From UHGV virus genome UHGV-0203602: a DNA stretch of 26,015 bases. One strand, 5' to 3'. Source of the stretch: a virus. The position numbers and the translations under genes are program-made. Under the pieces are notes generated by a model. The model was not told where the DNA came from. It saw only the letters and a program-made list of their open reading frames with translations, and ran no database searches. Position 1 is the first letter of the stretch. Every line of letters begins with the position of its first letter. Below are positions 8,566 to 16,056 of the stretch, one piece after another.

Positions 8566-9087
8566 CTACGGGTTAAAAGGTAGCGGTTTGCAATCCCGCT
8601 TTTTCAACTCCTCTACTAACTCAGGTAATGTACACCATCGTTTAAATTGGTTGTTAGCTTTAAAGTGGCTGAGAATCTCCTCAACGCGCTCAATAGACCA
8701 CTTCCCTTTCCCTACGTTGTCTAGATCCTTACGTACCGAGAGCGTCTCAATGGTAAACGCTATCTCTGAGCTGTCCGAATGGTCGTACAGCAGTCTTACC
8801 GGTGTGGCTTGATGTAGCGTAACACGCCAACCTGACTCCTTAGCCCAGTAGACATCCTTAATACGTCCACTAACATCAATTATAGAGCTAATATAAGTCC
8901 ACTCTCCTTCTAGCTTGTTCTCTTCAGCAGTTAATGCTTCTTCTAATCGTAGAGAATTAGGGGACGGAATCCACCAACCGTACTTACCGTAATAATCGTC
9001 TATTACAGTGATACCTTCGTAATACAAATATTGTGTTTTTGTATTAACGAATATTTCATCGCCAATTAAAACCGCATTTATTTTCAT
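8566..9087 (-). CDS. Hypothetical protein (173 aa), translationally coupled to the HslV-like gene
   Basis: ATGA overlap with the upstream HslV-like CDS; no recognisable motif. Confidence 0.7.
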   Translation of the reverse strand: MKINAVLIGDEIFVNTKTQYLYYEGITVIDDYYGKYGWWIPSPNSLRLEEALTAEENKLEGEWTYISSIIDVSGRIKDVYWAKESGWRVTLHQATPVRLLYDHSDSSEIAFTIETLSVRKDLDNVGKGKWSIERVEEILSHFKANNQFKRWCTLPELVEELKKRDCKPLPFNP

Positions 9088-9572
9088 CGTAAATGCTTCC
9101 TGTAAAACAAGTCATAGGTGGTCGAGCTAGATGTATCAATAGACCCTACCAATGGTATAATTTTCTTTTCTGATATTCCTGTTGCCCAAGCTGCCCGCGC
9201 AAAGCCGCCACCAGAGCCCGTCGTCCAGACCGCATTTTTATTTATTACAAACGTTTTAAACTTATCTGCTACTAATCCAAGCCAATAGGTTTCTCTGGCC
9301 GTAAAAATGACGATTTGATCGAATATTTGCTCTTTTTCGAAAAGTTCCACAAGCACCGGTTCAACTTTCTTACGTTTATCCTCGTCTAAATATTTTTCTA
9401 TAGTAACGGTCATCGACGTTTTCCAAAACTCAGTGTCCAGTACACGTTCCCCAGTGTAGAAAACAAACTTGTTTTTGTGTTTATGTAGTTTGGGCAATTC
9501 TTTAACTGTTCCACTATATTCCACTAAACGATCGGCTAAAATGTAATCCTTTGTTACCAATACCGTTGTCAT
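9084..9572 (-). CDS. HslV / proteasome beta-subunit-like Ntn-hydrolase (peptidase T1-like), 162 aa
   Basis: Start taken as ATG at 9570-9572 (GAGGT 5 nt upstream) rather than the GTG one codon earlier. Protein begins M-TTVLV (Thr becomes N-terminal after Met removal, cf. HslV TTIVSV) and carries GSGGGFARAAW at residues about 120-130 (cf. HslV GSGGPYAQAAARAL); length is similar to HslV (176 aa). Confidence 0.55.
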   Translation of the reverse strand: MTTVLVTKDYILADRLVEYSGTVKELPKLHKHKNKFVFYTGERVLDTEFWKTSMTVTIEKYLDEDKRKKVEPVLVELFEKEQIFDQIVIFTARETYWLGLVADKFKTFVINKNAVWTTGSGGGFARAAWATGISEKKIIPLVGSIDTSSSTTYDLFYRKHLR

Positions 9573-9583
9573 CACACACCTCG

Positions 9584-9623
9584 AAGAAAAATAAAAGTAC
9601 CCTCTCTCCTAGCGGAGAGAGGG
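9584..9623 (-). terminator. Intrinsic terminator
   Basis: Stem ccctctctcc / ggagagaggg with a 4-nt loop; T-run on the minus strand immediately after (GGTACTTTTATTTTTC). Confidence 0.7.
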
Positions 9624-9630
9624 GCACTGC

Positions 9631-9900
9631 TTAAAACTTACGACTGCTACCGTAGCAACCACGACCGGCTGTCGTTTTCGCAGCGGTGGCCGGTGCTAAC
9701 GCAACCATCGTTCCATCTGTTTCGATGATGTGTAAGTTACCTGCACGAATCAAACCTTTGAAAGTAATCTTCACGCCTTTACGCAGGCTTTTCACATCAA
9801 AACCTTCAAGCTTGAGTGTTTTAACTTTTTCAGGTTTACCTTCTTCGTGATAAGAAAGAACATTACCTGAACGTTTCTCAACAATGTAAATCTTAGCCAT
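9631..9900 (-). CDS. Hypothetical small basic protein (89 aa)
   Basis: ATG with GGAG 8 nt upstream; first gene downstream of the candidate promoter/operator. Confidence 0.7.
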   Translation of the reverse strand: MAKIYIVEKRSGNVLSYHEEGKPEKVKTLKLEGFDVKSLRKGVKITFKGLIRAGNLHIIETDGTMVALAPATAAKTTAGRGCYGSSRKF

Positions 9901-9923
9901 TTTAGATTACTCCATTTAGTTAA

Positions 9924-9937
9924 GTGAGAATTCTCAC
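9924..9937. promoter_or_regulatory. Perfect 14-bp palindrome GTGAGAATTCTCAC; candidate operator
   Basis: Exact palindrome, sited at the predicted transcription start of the candidate promoter and 24 nt upstream of the ATG of the 89-aa gene. Confidence 0.4.
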
Positions 9938-9945
9938 ATAGATGA

Positions 9946-9974
9946 AATATATCTTAAATTTTTTAGACCGTTAA
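9946..9974 (-). promoter_or_regulatory. Candidate sigma70-type promoter (-35 TTAACG, 17-bp spacer, -10 TATATT)
   Basis: Minus-strand reading: TTAACG (9969-9974), 17 nt, TATATT (9946-9951); AT-rich spacer. Confidence 0.3.
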
Positions 9975-10282
9975 CTGGACAAAGCAATGTTAACCGACTT
10001 ACCAGGCAGCGGGAAATGCTGAAGTTCTATCGATAGAAGTTTCCTGTCAATTGTCAGTATTTCATCAACGTTGGGCGTAAGACGGAATATATCGCGCGGT
10101 AACGTGAAAGGCACGTTCGTCGAGCAGTTATTTAACCGTAACTGTCCCTGAGAATAATCAATCTCTACCACCCTCGCAATTACCCAACGATCGTGAATCT
10201 CGCCGCCTAGAGGTGCAGTTAGTGCCCGTTGCAAGCGCTGTATATTGGGCTCATCAGTATTAGTGCGGTTCTGGCTCGACAT
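9971..10282 (-). CDS. Hypothetical protein (104 aa)
   Basis: Start moved to the internal ATG at 10280-10282 (protein begins MSSQNRTNTD). The track's longer N-terminal extension is Cys-rich and overlaps the upstream gene out of frame. Confidence 0.5.
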   Translation of the reverse strand: MSSQNRTNTDEPNIQRLQRALTAPLGGEIHDRWVIARVVEIDYSQGQLRLNNCSTNVPFTLPRDIFRLTPNVDEILTIDRKLLSIELQHFPLPGKSVNIALSS

Positions 10283-10577
10283 AAATTTCCCCAAACACGT
10301 ATGCGGTTTCTGCTTCATTTGTCGGTTTAGCAACACACCACATCCATTCTTTAGTTTCAGGGTTTTGCCAGGACAACAAATGAACACCGTCACAAATTTC
10401 AGAGGTATCAACCTCTGGGTGGTATAGCATAAATTCGTTTTCGTTGTCATCCGTTACAACAAACTGCCCTTCTTCTACTCGTTGAAACTCAGCAACGCCA
10501 ACTAAAGTTAGCCCGCCTGTGTCATCTAAAGCTACTAGAGTTTTTGGCAAATCACGGTGAATAGCACTTAACCACAT
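10260..10577 (-). CDS. Hypothetical acidic protein (105 aa)
   Basis: ATG at 10575-10577 with GAGGAA 7 nt upstream (the track's start is a TTG five codons earlier). Confidence 0.6.
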   Translation of the reverse strand: MWLSAIHRDLPKTLVALDDTGGLTLVGVAEFQRVEEGQFVVTDDNENEFMLYHPEVDTSEICDGVHLLSWQNPETKEWMWCVAKPTNEAETAYVFGEIYVEPEPH

Positions 10578-10630
10578 CAGATTGTTCCTCAATTAATTTT
10601 GTTTACTTGTGCATAACTACGGCTATACGC

Positions 10631-10669
10631 GTAAAAATAAATACACCCTCTCTCCAAACGGAGAGAGGG
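10631..10669 (-). terminator. Intrinsic terminator
   Basis: Stem ccctctctcc / ggagagaggg, identical to the stem at 9600-9623 but with a different loop; T-run on the minus strand (GTGTATTTATTTTTAC). Confidence 0.7.
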
Positions 10670-10674
10670 GCAGC

Positions 10675-11181
10675 TTATAGCAGATTCTCTTCGCGATCAT
10701 CTACCAAGATAGACGTAATAACATAACGCGCTAAGCGACTACGCGCTTCTTCAGTTTCTTCGTCGGACGGTAATGGCTCACCTGCTGGCGCACACAACGT
10801 CAGTCCTGATTCACGAAGCTGTTCCGTGTATTCTTCTACGGCAGTTTCAAACGTACCGCGAATACCGGCGACGGTGTCCATAATCTCATCAGTTGGGATA
10901 ATGGATTCTTTCAACACCGCATGGGCATCAGTAGGTTCGACGGAGTCTAAGTTCAGTTCGACCAGCAACGCTTTCTTCGCCAGACAGTCAGTGATAAAAC
11001 ACGACAGAACTTTTTCAAACTCATCTAAACTGAATTCGGTGTCATCAGAGGCACCGGTGATGAGCTGACCGTAACGGTTAAACAGCTCTTTACAACGTGT
11101 TTCATGATCAGCATCGATATCACGAACACCGAGGTCGAAATCGTGTTGTTCGAGCTGATTAAAATCCAGAGTCTCACTCAT
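10675..11181 (-). CDS. Highly acidic protein (168 aa); function unknown, candidate DNA-mimic / anti-restriction-type protein
   Basis: About a quarter of residues are D or E, in clusters (DFDLGVRDIDADHE, SDEETEEARS); GGAG RBS; last gene of the Dam-containing operon. Confidence 0.7.
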   Translation of the reverse strand: MSETLDFNQLEQHDFDLGVRDIDADHETRCKELFNRYGQLITGASDDTEFSLDEFEKVLSCFITDCLAKKALLVELNLDSVEPTDAHAVLKESIIPTDEIMDTVAGIRGTFETAVEEYTEQLRESGLTLCAPAGEPLPSDEETEEARSRLARYVITSILVDDREENLL

Positions 11182-11220
11182 TATTAAAGTCTCCAGTTAA
11201 GAGGTCATATTACCTGCTGA

Positions 11221-11448
11221 CTAGAGGGCCAGCGTTAACCCCGTGTGGGTTTGTACTGAACCAACACCGTCACGCGCTTTCGCTTTTGCGATAAGTTTGT
11301 CAATCACACGTTGGTGACTGCGCGTAATAACTTTACCCGGATAACCGATAATGAGCGCATTTTCGCTGTTGATTACCGCCGAGAATTCGTTATCGCCTGC
11401 GACGTAAACAATCTGTTTGTTTTTGGTTACAATACGTTTGATTTCCAT
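11221..11448 (-). CDS. Hypothetical protein (75 aa)
   Basis: ATG with AAGGA 7 nt upstream. Confidence 0.65.
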   Translation of the reverse strand: MEIKRIVTKNKQIVYVAGDNEFSAVINSENALIIGYPGKVITRSHQRVIDKLIAKAKARDGVGSVQTHTGLTLAL

Positions 11449-11457
11449 TCATCATCC

Positions 11458-12231
11458 TTAAAAGATAAAGTGGCCGGTTAATGGTTCTACCTCAACTCCA
11501 CCCATAGACGGTGGGGCTGTGTATGGAAACGTGAGGCGAACAGTTGCGCCTTTCAGATAAGCAATACGGAAATACGTGGTTAGTAGTGCGTTTCCGTAAG
11601 TGCAATCGTTATAGAAAAAGCCTTCGGTGGCAAACGTCTTTTCGTTGATTTTCGAATAGACTAAGATACCTTCAACCTTACCGTCTTTACGACAACACAA
11701 CCCTTCTGCTGCGCCTACGGCTAACAACCCTAAACAATGCGTGTCCAGGTTGACATTAACAACCTTAGGAATCGTAAACGTCTCTTCTAACGTTAGGGAT
11801 TCAACGTCGAACACGTCAGGTAAGTCAGTGCGCACTTCTGGCTTTTCAGTAATCGTAAGGTCATAATCGATTGACGTCGGTTGCATACCTAAAAACGTCA
11901 TTAACTGATCACGACGTTTTAGGTCATTAGCAGGGTAGGTGACATCAAACATCTTCACGTTTAACAGACGTTTGAGTTGGGCGAAATTGATGTTCTTCTT
12001 CGCAAACACAACGATTGCGGACATGTAGAATATCTTACCGTCTGCACGCCCTGAAAAGATGCCCTGTAACTGGTTAGTGTTCGAAAGGATGATAAAGGTG
12101 GGGTCTTCAGATTCCCGAATGATTTCCTTTTCCATTAACCCTTTGCGTACACGGGTTAACGAAACCATTTTCCCATCGACACCAATCGCCAAATGGTCAT
12201 TACGATAATCGTGGATATCCACTATACGCAT
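11458..12231 (-). CDS. Hypothetical protein (257 aa), translationally coupled to the Dam methyltransferase gene
   Basis: TAATG overlap with dam; no recognisable motif. Confidence 0.75.
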   Translation of the reverse strand: MRIVDIHDYRNDHLAIGVDGKMVSLTRVRKGLMEKEIIRESEDPTFIILSNTNQLQGIFSGRADGKIFYMSAIVVFAKKNINFAQLKRLLNVKMFDVTYPANDLKRRDQLMTFLGMQPTSIDYDLTITEKPEVRTDLPDVFDVESLTLEETFTIPKVVNVNLDTHCLGLLAVGAAEGLCCRKDGKVEGILVYSKINEKTFATEGFFYNDCTYGNALLTTYFRIAYLKGATVRLTFPYTAPPSMGGVEVEPLTGHFIF

Positions 12232-13046
12232 TAGAGCACTCCTAACAATTCCGTTACCGTTTTACGAGCAGCACCTGACGCACCCATGTATCGCCCTACT
12301 TCTACAGAACGCCATTCGAACCCGTAATAAATCTCACGCGTTAGTAACGTATCTGCATTGGACAACACAACGCTATTCCCTTTCTCAACCTGCTTAAACA
12401 GCGCTCTGGCGAGTTCCCGATGGTCGGCCTGGGAAAACTCCTTCCGATGGTATTGCGCGTGTTTAGCGGTCTCTGAGAGCGGTATATAAGGTGGGTCTGC
12501 GTAAATCACGCTGTCATCCGGTGTACGCTCTAAAACTGTTCGGAAATCCTCACAAACAATTTCTAAGTATTCCGGTTCTTGACAACGTTTAGCCCAACCA
12601 CGAATCTCTTCTAACGGGTAATACACACCGTTAGGATAGCGACCAAACGGAACGTTAAAACCACCGCTGCCGTTGTAACGACACATCCCGTTAAAACCGT
12701 GACGCATTAAGTACAGAAACATTGCAGCACGATCTAACGGAGCCATATCCGTTTCACGATTAAACAACTCACGGCGTTCCATATACTTAATACAATCGTT
12801 ACCGTCTTCGAATAGCGGTTTCGACTTTAAGATAAGTTCTTCAGGTTGGTCTTTCGCCACATTCAGCAACTGGATTAAGTCAGGGTTAGAGTCAGCAAGA
12901 ATGTAACGTTTATAACGTGTGTTCAAAAACACTGACCCTGCGCCAACAAACGGTTCAACGAAAGTGGTACGTTCAGGTAAGACTTGTAGTAAGGTGTCGA
13001 TAATCCGCGATTTGCCACCCATCCACTTTATAATTGGTTTATGCAT
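12231..13046 (-). CDS. dam: DNA adenine (N6) methyltransferase, Dam family
   Basis: IKWMGGKSR, VEPFVGAGSVFLN and the catalytic DPPY (YADPPYIPLS) are collinear with E. coli Dam (KWAGGKYPLL, VEPFVGAGSVFLNT, DPPY). Confidence 0.9.
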   Translation of the reverse strand: MHKPIIKWMGGKSRIIDTLLQVLPERTTFVEPFVGAGSVFLNTRYKRYILADSNPDLIQLLNVAKDQPEELILKSKPLFEDGNDCIKYMERRELFNRETDMAPLDRAAMFLYLMRHGFNGMCRYNGSGGFNVPFGRYPNGVYYPLEEIRGWAKRCQEPEYLEIVCEDFRTVLERTPDDSVIYADPPYIPLSETAKHAQYHRKEFSQADHRELARALFKQVEKGNSVVLSNADTLLTREIYYGFEWRSVEVGRYMGASGAARKTVTELLGVL

Positions 13047-14025
13047 TAATTCCGCCTTGTAACGATGACATTTCGTCGCCTAGCACTAACTCGACGCGGT
13101 TTTTCCGACGCTCCCAACTGACGACATCGTCGTCGCGCACTAAAACAAATTCGTACTCGTAGGGACGGAATTTAAACAAATCTACAGCCAGGTGTCTAAA
13201 TGCTGGGTTGTTATTGTAACACCCTATTTCTAATGGTGCTGCTGTTGTCGATGCAATCTGTAAAGCACGGTACAACAACGCACGCCCAATCCCACGGCCC
13301 CGGTGTGACTCACTTACCGCAATGGCTTTTAGTTCGCACTCGCTAAGATTGCGTGATTTAACTTGCACCACACCCACAATGTCGTTACCGTCCATCCAAA
13401 CGTAAGTGTAGTGATTGACGTGACGCACTAACTCCACCAGCGTTTCAACTTGCGGCATTATTTGTCGAGAACGCGTCACAGGGTCAGCATTGATGTTTTC
13501 AACAACGCTAGTGCCAAACAACGTCATGAGCTGTTCACGTTGTGCTCTGGTTAAGTCTTTATAGAAGTCGCCAGAGACGTTCTTCACGTTCGTCGGTAAA
13601 GTGACATCCAGTAGCTTACGCGTACCTAAACGATATGCTGTGTGGGTATGTCTAAACCCTAAATCGTTAAACTCAGCAATTTCTTCCACACCTCTGGCAA
13701 TTCGGTTAAGGTACGTAAACCCAGTATAGTCGAGTACCAGTAGAAGACTCAGTTTGTTCAAACACCCAGGTACAATTTCGTGCATATACAAGCAGTGTAA
13801 CGTTGGGTCACCGTAAATGTGTTTTGTGATGATAAACCCTTGGATTGTTTTTCCTTTTTGTAAAGAGAACGTATTCAGCTCAGTATTGCACAGTGCTTCA
13901 CGAATCGCCGCACCGTTAGGCCCCGTTAAACATGCCTGAAGCTGAGGATTGCGAATATCTCTACGGGTTAAGCGTCCTACTGTTAAATCAGAAGAGGTTC
14001 TTTCTATCGTTTTACGATATACCAT
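13039..14025 (-). CDS. GNAT-family N-acetyltransferase domain protein (328 aa; C-terminal GNAT, N-terminal about 200 aa unassigned)
   Basis: C-terminal IAVSESHRGRGIGRALLYRAL (GNAT acetyl-CoA-binding motif A, R-x-x-G-x-G); strong RBS AAGGAG; 8-nt overlap with the dam start. Confidence 0.7.
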   Translation of the reverse strand: MVYRKTIERTSSDLTVGRLTRRDIRNPQLQACLTGPNGAAIREALCNTELNTFSLQKGKTIQGFIITKHIYGDPTLHCLYMHEIVPGCLNKLSLLLVLDYTGFTYLNRIARGVEEIAEFNDLGFRHTHTAYRLGTRKLLDVTLPTNVKNVSGDFYKDLTRAQREQLMTLFGTSVVENINADPVTRSRQIMPQVETLVELVRHVNHYTYVWMDGNDIVGVVQVKSRNLSECELKAIAVSESHRGRGIGRALLYRALQIASTTAAPLEIGCYNNNPAFRHLAVDLFKFRPYEYEFVLVRDDDVVSWERRKNRVELVLGDEMSSLQGGINA

Positions 14026-14054
14026 TTTAATACTCCTTATCGGCCTTCCTCACA

Positions 14055-14098
14055 ACAAAAGAAAAAGTTGTAAAAAGAAAAAGGGAGCCGAAGCTCCC
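14055..14098 (-). terminator. Intrinsic terminator
   Basis: gggagc-cgaa-gctccc hairpin (UUCG loop on the transcript) followed on the minus strand by a long T-rich run. Confidence 0.65.
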
Positions 14099-14111
14099 TG
14101 TTTGTTACAAA

Positions 14112-14795
14112 CTACCAAAGCTTAGAACTAGTGAATGCTGCACTAGAATCTGGAACCTTGCCTCTTAATTTATCACGCAGAAGTTCAAAGAACATGCGAT
14201 GATAAGCGTAATATTTTTCCAACCGATTGTATTCAATCAGGTTTTCTAACGCCGGATGAAAGCGAAGATGTTTGTTAGGACTGGAAAGGGAAAACGGAAC
14301 GACTTCTTCATTAAGCAAGATAGGATACTTAACGCTATCGCCCATTTCAGCATACAACATTTTGGTGTCGAAAACGAAATAAGCCGTTGGGTGAAAGCCT
14401 AACCACGCTGAAGCCTCAACAAAGAAGTCAGTCAATTTACTAGCAATCTGGCTGATCATCTTATCGTCTGATTTAAACATCAGGCGCAGGAAAATCTCGC
14501 TAATGACTGAACCCGTAAGCAGTTTTTCTTTGTGGATACCTGGAACGACTGCCAGTATCTCGTCGTCGAGTCGACAGACAAGCGTGTACAGGTCGAAAAC
14601 CGGGTAATGGTAAATATCGATCGTTAAACTCGCGCGCGGAGTGTAACTTAAGATTTTATCCCCGTGTATTTCTGTGGCAGGCGACATAAGCGCAAGCTTC
14701 TTACTAGGCTCAGTCTGCTTAACTTCTGCTTCCTTAGTATCAACCGGTTTTTCTACGGTTTCTTTAACTTCGGTTTTCTTAGTTCTCGGTGCCAT
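14112..14795 (-). CDS. Hypothetical protein (227 aa), lysine/glutamate-rich N-terminus
   Basis: ATG with AAAGGAG 7 nt upstream. Confidence 0.75.
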   Translation of the reverse strand: MAPRTKKTEVKETVEKPVDTKEAEVKQTEPSKKLALMSPATEIHGDKILSYTPRASLTIDIYHYPVFDLYTLVCRLDDEILAVVPGIHKEKLLTGSVISEIFLRLMFKSDDKMISQIASKLTDFFVEASAWLGFHPTAYFVFDTKMLYAEMGDSVKYPILLNEEVVPFSLSSPNKHLRFHPALENLIEYNRLEKYYAYHRMFFELLRDKLRGKVPDSSAAFTSSKLW

Positions 14796-14816
14796 GATAA
14801 TACTCCTTTAGGTTGA

Positions 14817-15176
14817 TTAGTGTGTTGCGGTGTTAGTAACAAAACGAATATTCTTCGCGGTACGTTTAAGGGACGTATTTGCAACGTAGTCCAACGCAGA
14901 CTCTACGTGAACCGTTACGGAGCAACGCCCTTTAACGGAATTAAACGTAATCTGATATTTCAGACGAATTGCATCAGCAACCTTCATCATTATCGGTAGA
15001 CTCAGGCGTTCGCTATGATCGTTCTTAATAGATGAAATAACCGATTGTGAGACTTTCGCAAGCTGGGCAAGTTCACGCTGTGTAATGTCTTTCGCTGTCA
15101 AATGACGAATCACGTAAGAGAGATGAAGACCGAATTTACGTTTTGCTAAAGCAATAGAGTTGTGATTGTAAGCCAT
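14817..15176 (-). CDS. XRE-type helix-turn-helix transcriptional regulator (about 119 aa)
   Basis: ITQRELAQLAKVSQSVISSIKN is a typical Cro/C1-type HTH; start placed at ATG 15174-15176 (AGGA upstream) rather than the track's TTG. Confidence 0.65.
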   Translation of the reverse strand: MAYNHNSIALAKRKFGLHLSYVIRHLTAKDITQRELAQLAKVSQSVISSIKNDHSERLSLPIMMKVADAIRLKYQITFNSVKGRCSVTVHVESALDYVANTSLKRTAKNIRFVTNTATH

Positions 15177-15251
15177 GATAATTAATCCTAATCTGTAGAA
15201 CAAGTCGTAAAGAGATTACTGTGTCATCTCACTAAGGTAATATATATCTGA

Positions 15252-15286
15252 GAAAAAATTAAATAGCCCCTACCCGAAGGTAGGGG
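15252..15286 (-). terminator. Intrinsic terminator
   Basis: cccctacc-cgaa-ggtagggg; on the transcript this is a C(UUCG)G tetraloop hairpin followed by CTATTTAATTTTTTCTC. Confidence 0.75.
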
Positions 15287-15293
15287 TATGTGA

Positions 15294-15917
15294 TTAATTC
15301 TCTAAAATACAAGCAACGATTTCAGCCGCTTTTAAACGGTAATCGTCGTTTTGCTTCACGGGTAATAAATGGTGCAGACAACCACCTTCAGTGAGGATGT
15401 GGTGGGCGAAGCGGTAGTGGTCACGTAACGCTTCCCAGCTTTGGTTATCTTTTAAATACTTAACGGTAAGGACTTCATCGTCCCAATTCTTACCTTGTTC
15501 TTCTACCCGTTTCTTAAAGCGTGCTACTGCGCCGTCGTAATCCACATCTGTCCAAACGTACAAATCTGGTGCGTGGAAATGACGCGTTAGCTTACGTCGG
15601 AAAACTTCGTCTTTACCGTCGACGCCCTGGTAAACGACTGTAGAGGGACAGAACCTGTCGAAAATAACAACATCGTAATCGTCAACAACATGGTCTAACG
15701 TGTGAAGGAAATCGTCGCACATCGCTTCGGCAATTTTTGCTTTTGCTGCGGACTGAATGACTAAACTGCGTGCGCGGATACCCGCTTCGGTCTCCGTCGT
15801 AGGGTGATTACGAATGCAGACCTTTAACCCCGCAGATTCCAGCATACCTTTTACTATTTTGCACAACGTCGATTTCCCAGAAAAGTCAGGGCCATCAATA
15901 GACACTGTCTTAAGCAT
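15294..15917 (-). CDS. Thymidylate kinase-like (dTMP/dNMP kinase), about 207 aa
   Basis: P-loop GPDFSGKST near the N-terminus; DRFCPSTVVYQG matches the Tmk DRxxxSxxAYQG region. Start placed at ATG 15915-15917 (MLKTVSIDGPDFSGKST) rather than the track's GTG seven codons upstream. Confidence 0.75.
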   Translation of the reverse strand: MLKTVSIDGPDFSGKSTLCKIVKGMLESAGLKVCIRNHPTTETEAGIRARSLVIQSAAKAKIAEAMCDDFLHTLDHVVDDYDVVIFDRFCPSTVVYQGVDGKDEVFRRKLTRHFHAPDLYVWTDVDYDGAVARFKKRVEEQGKNWDDEVLTVKYLKDNQSWEALRDHYRFAHHILTEGGCLHHLLPVKQNDDYRLKAAEIVACILEN

Positions 15918-15949
15918 TATCGTTTTACCTTTACGCACAAAAATTTAAA

Positions 15950-15973
15950 CCGGTACTTCTTTATTCCATACCG
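15950..15973 (-). other. Second hairpin (CCGGTA / TACCGG arms) between the terminator and the kinase start; possible tandem terminator or attenuator
   Basis: 6-bp perfect arms with a 12-nt loop, followed on the minus strand by TTTAAATTTTTGTG; ends about 33 nt upstream of the kinase ATG. Confidence 0.3.
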
Positions 15974-16012
15974 GCGTTCACATAATAGCTATTGGTTGTA
16001 ATAAATTTTAGG

Positions 16013-16049
16013 ATAAAAAAAGAAACCCGCCCCTACCTATCGGTAGGGG
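16013..16049 (-). terminator. Intrinsic terminator
   Basis: cccctacc-tatc-ggtagggg, the same stem as at 15267-15286; T-run on the minus strand (GGGTTTCTTTTTTTATCC). Confidence 0.75.
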
Positions 16050-16056
16050 TAAGGTT

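Noticed and set aside
9924-9937. EcoRI site (GAATTC) inside the palindrome, as a possible cloning or vector artefact
   Set aside because: The flanking sequence is continuous phage-like DNA with a promoter and RBS in register, so it is more simply an operator-type palindrome that happens to contain GAATTC.
15177-15266. Sigma70 promoter upstream of the HTH regulator gene
   Set aside because: Only poor candidate hexamers (for example a -10-like TATCAT that overlaps the start codon, or TTTAAT with a mis-spaced TATATT); not convincing enough to annotate.
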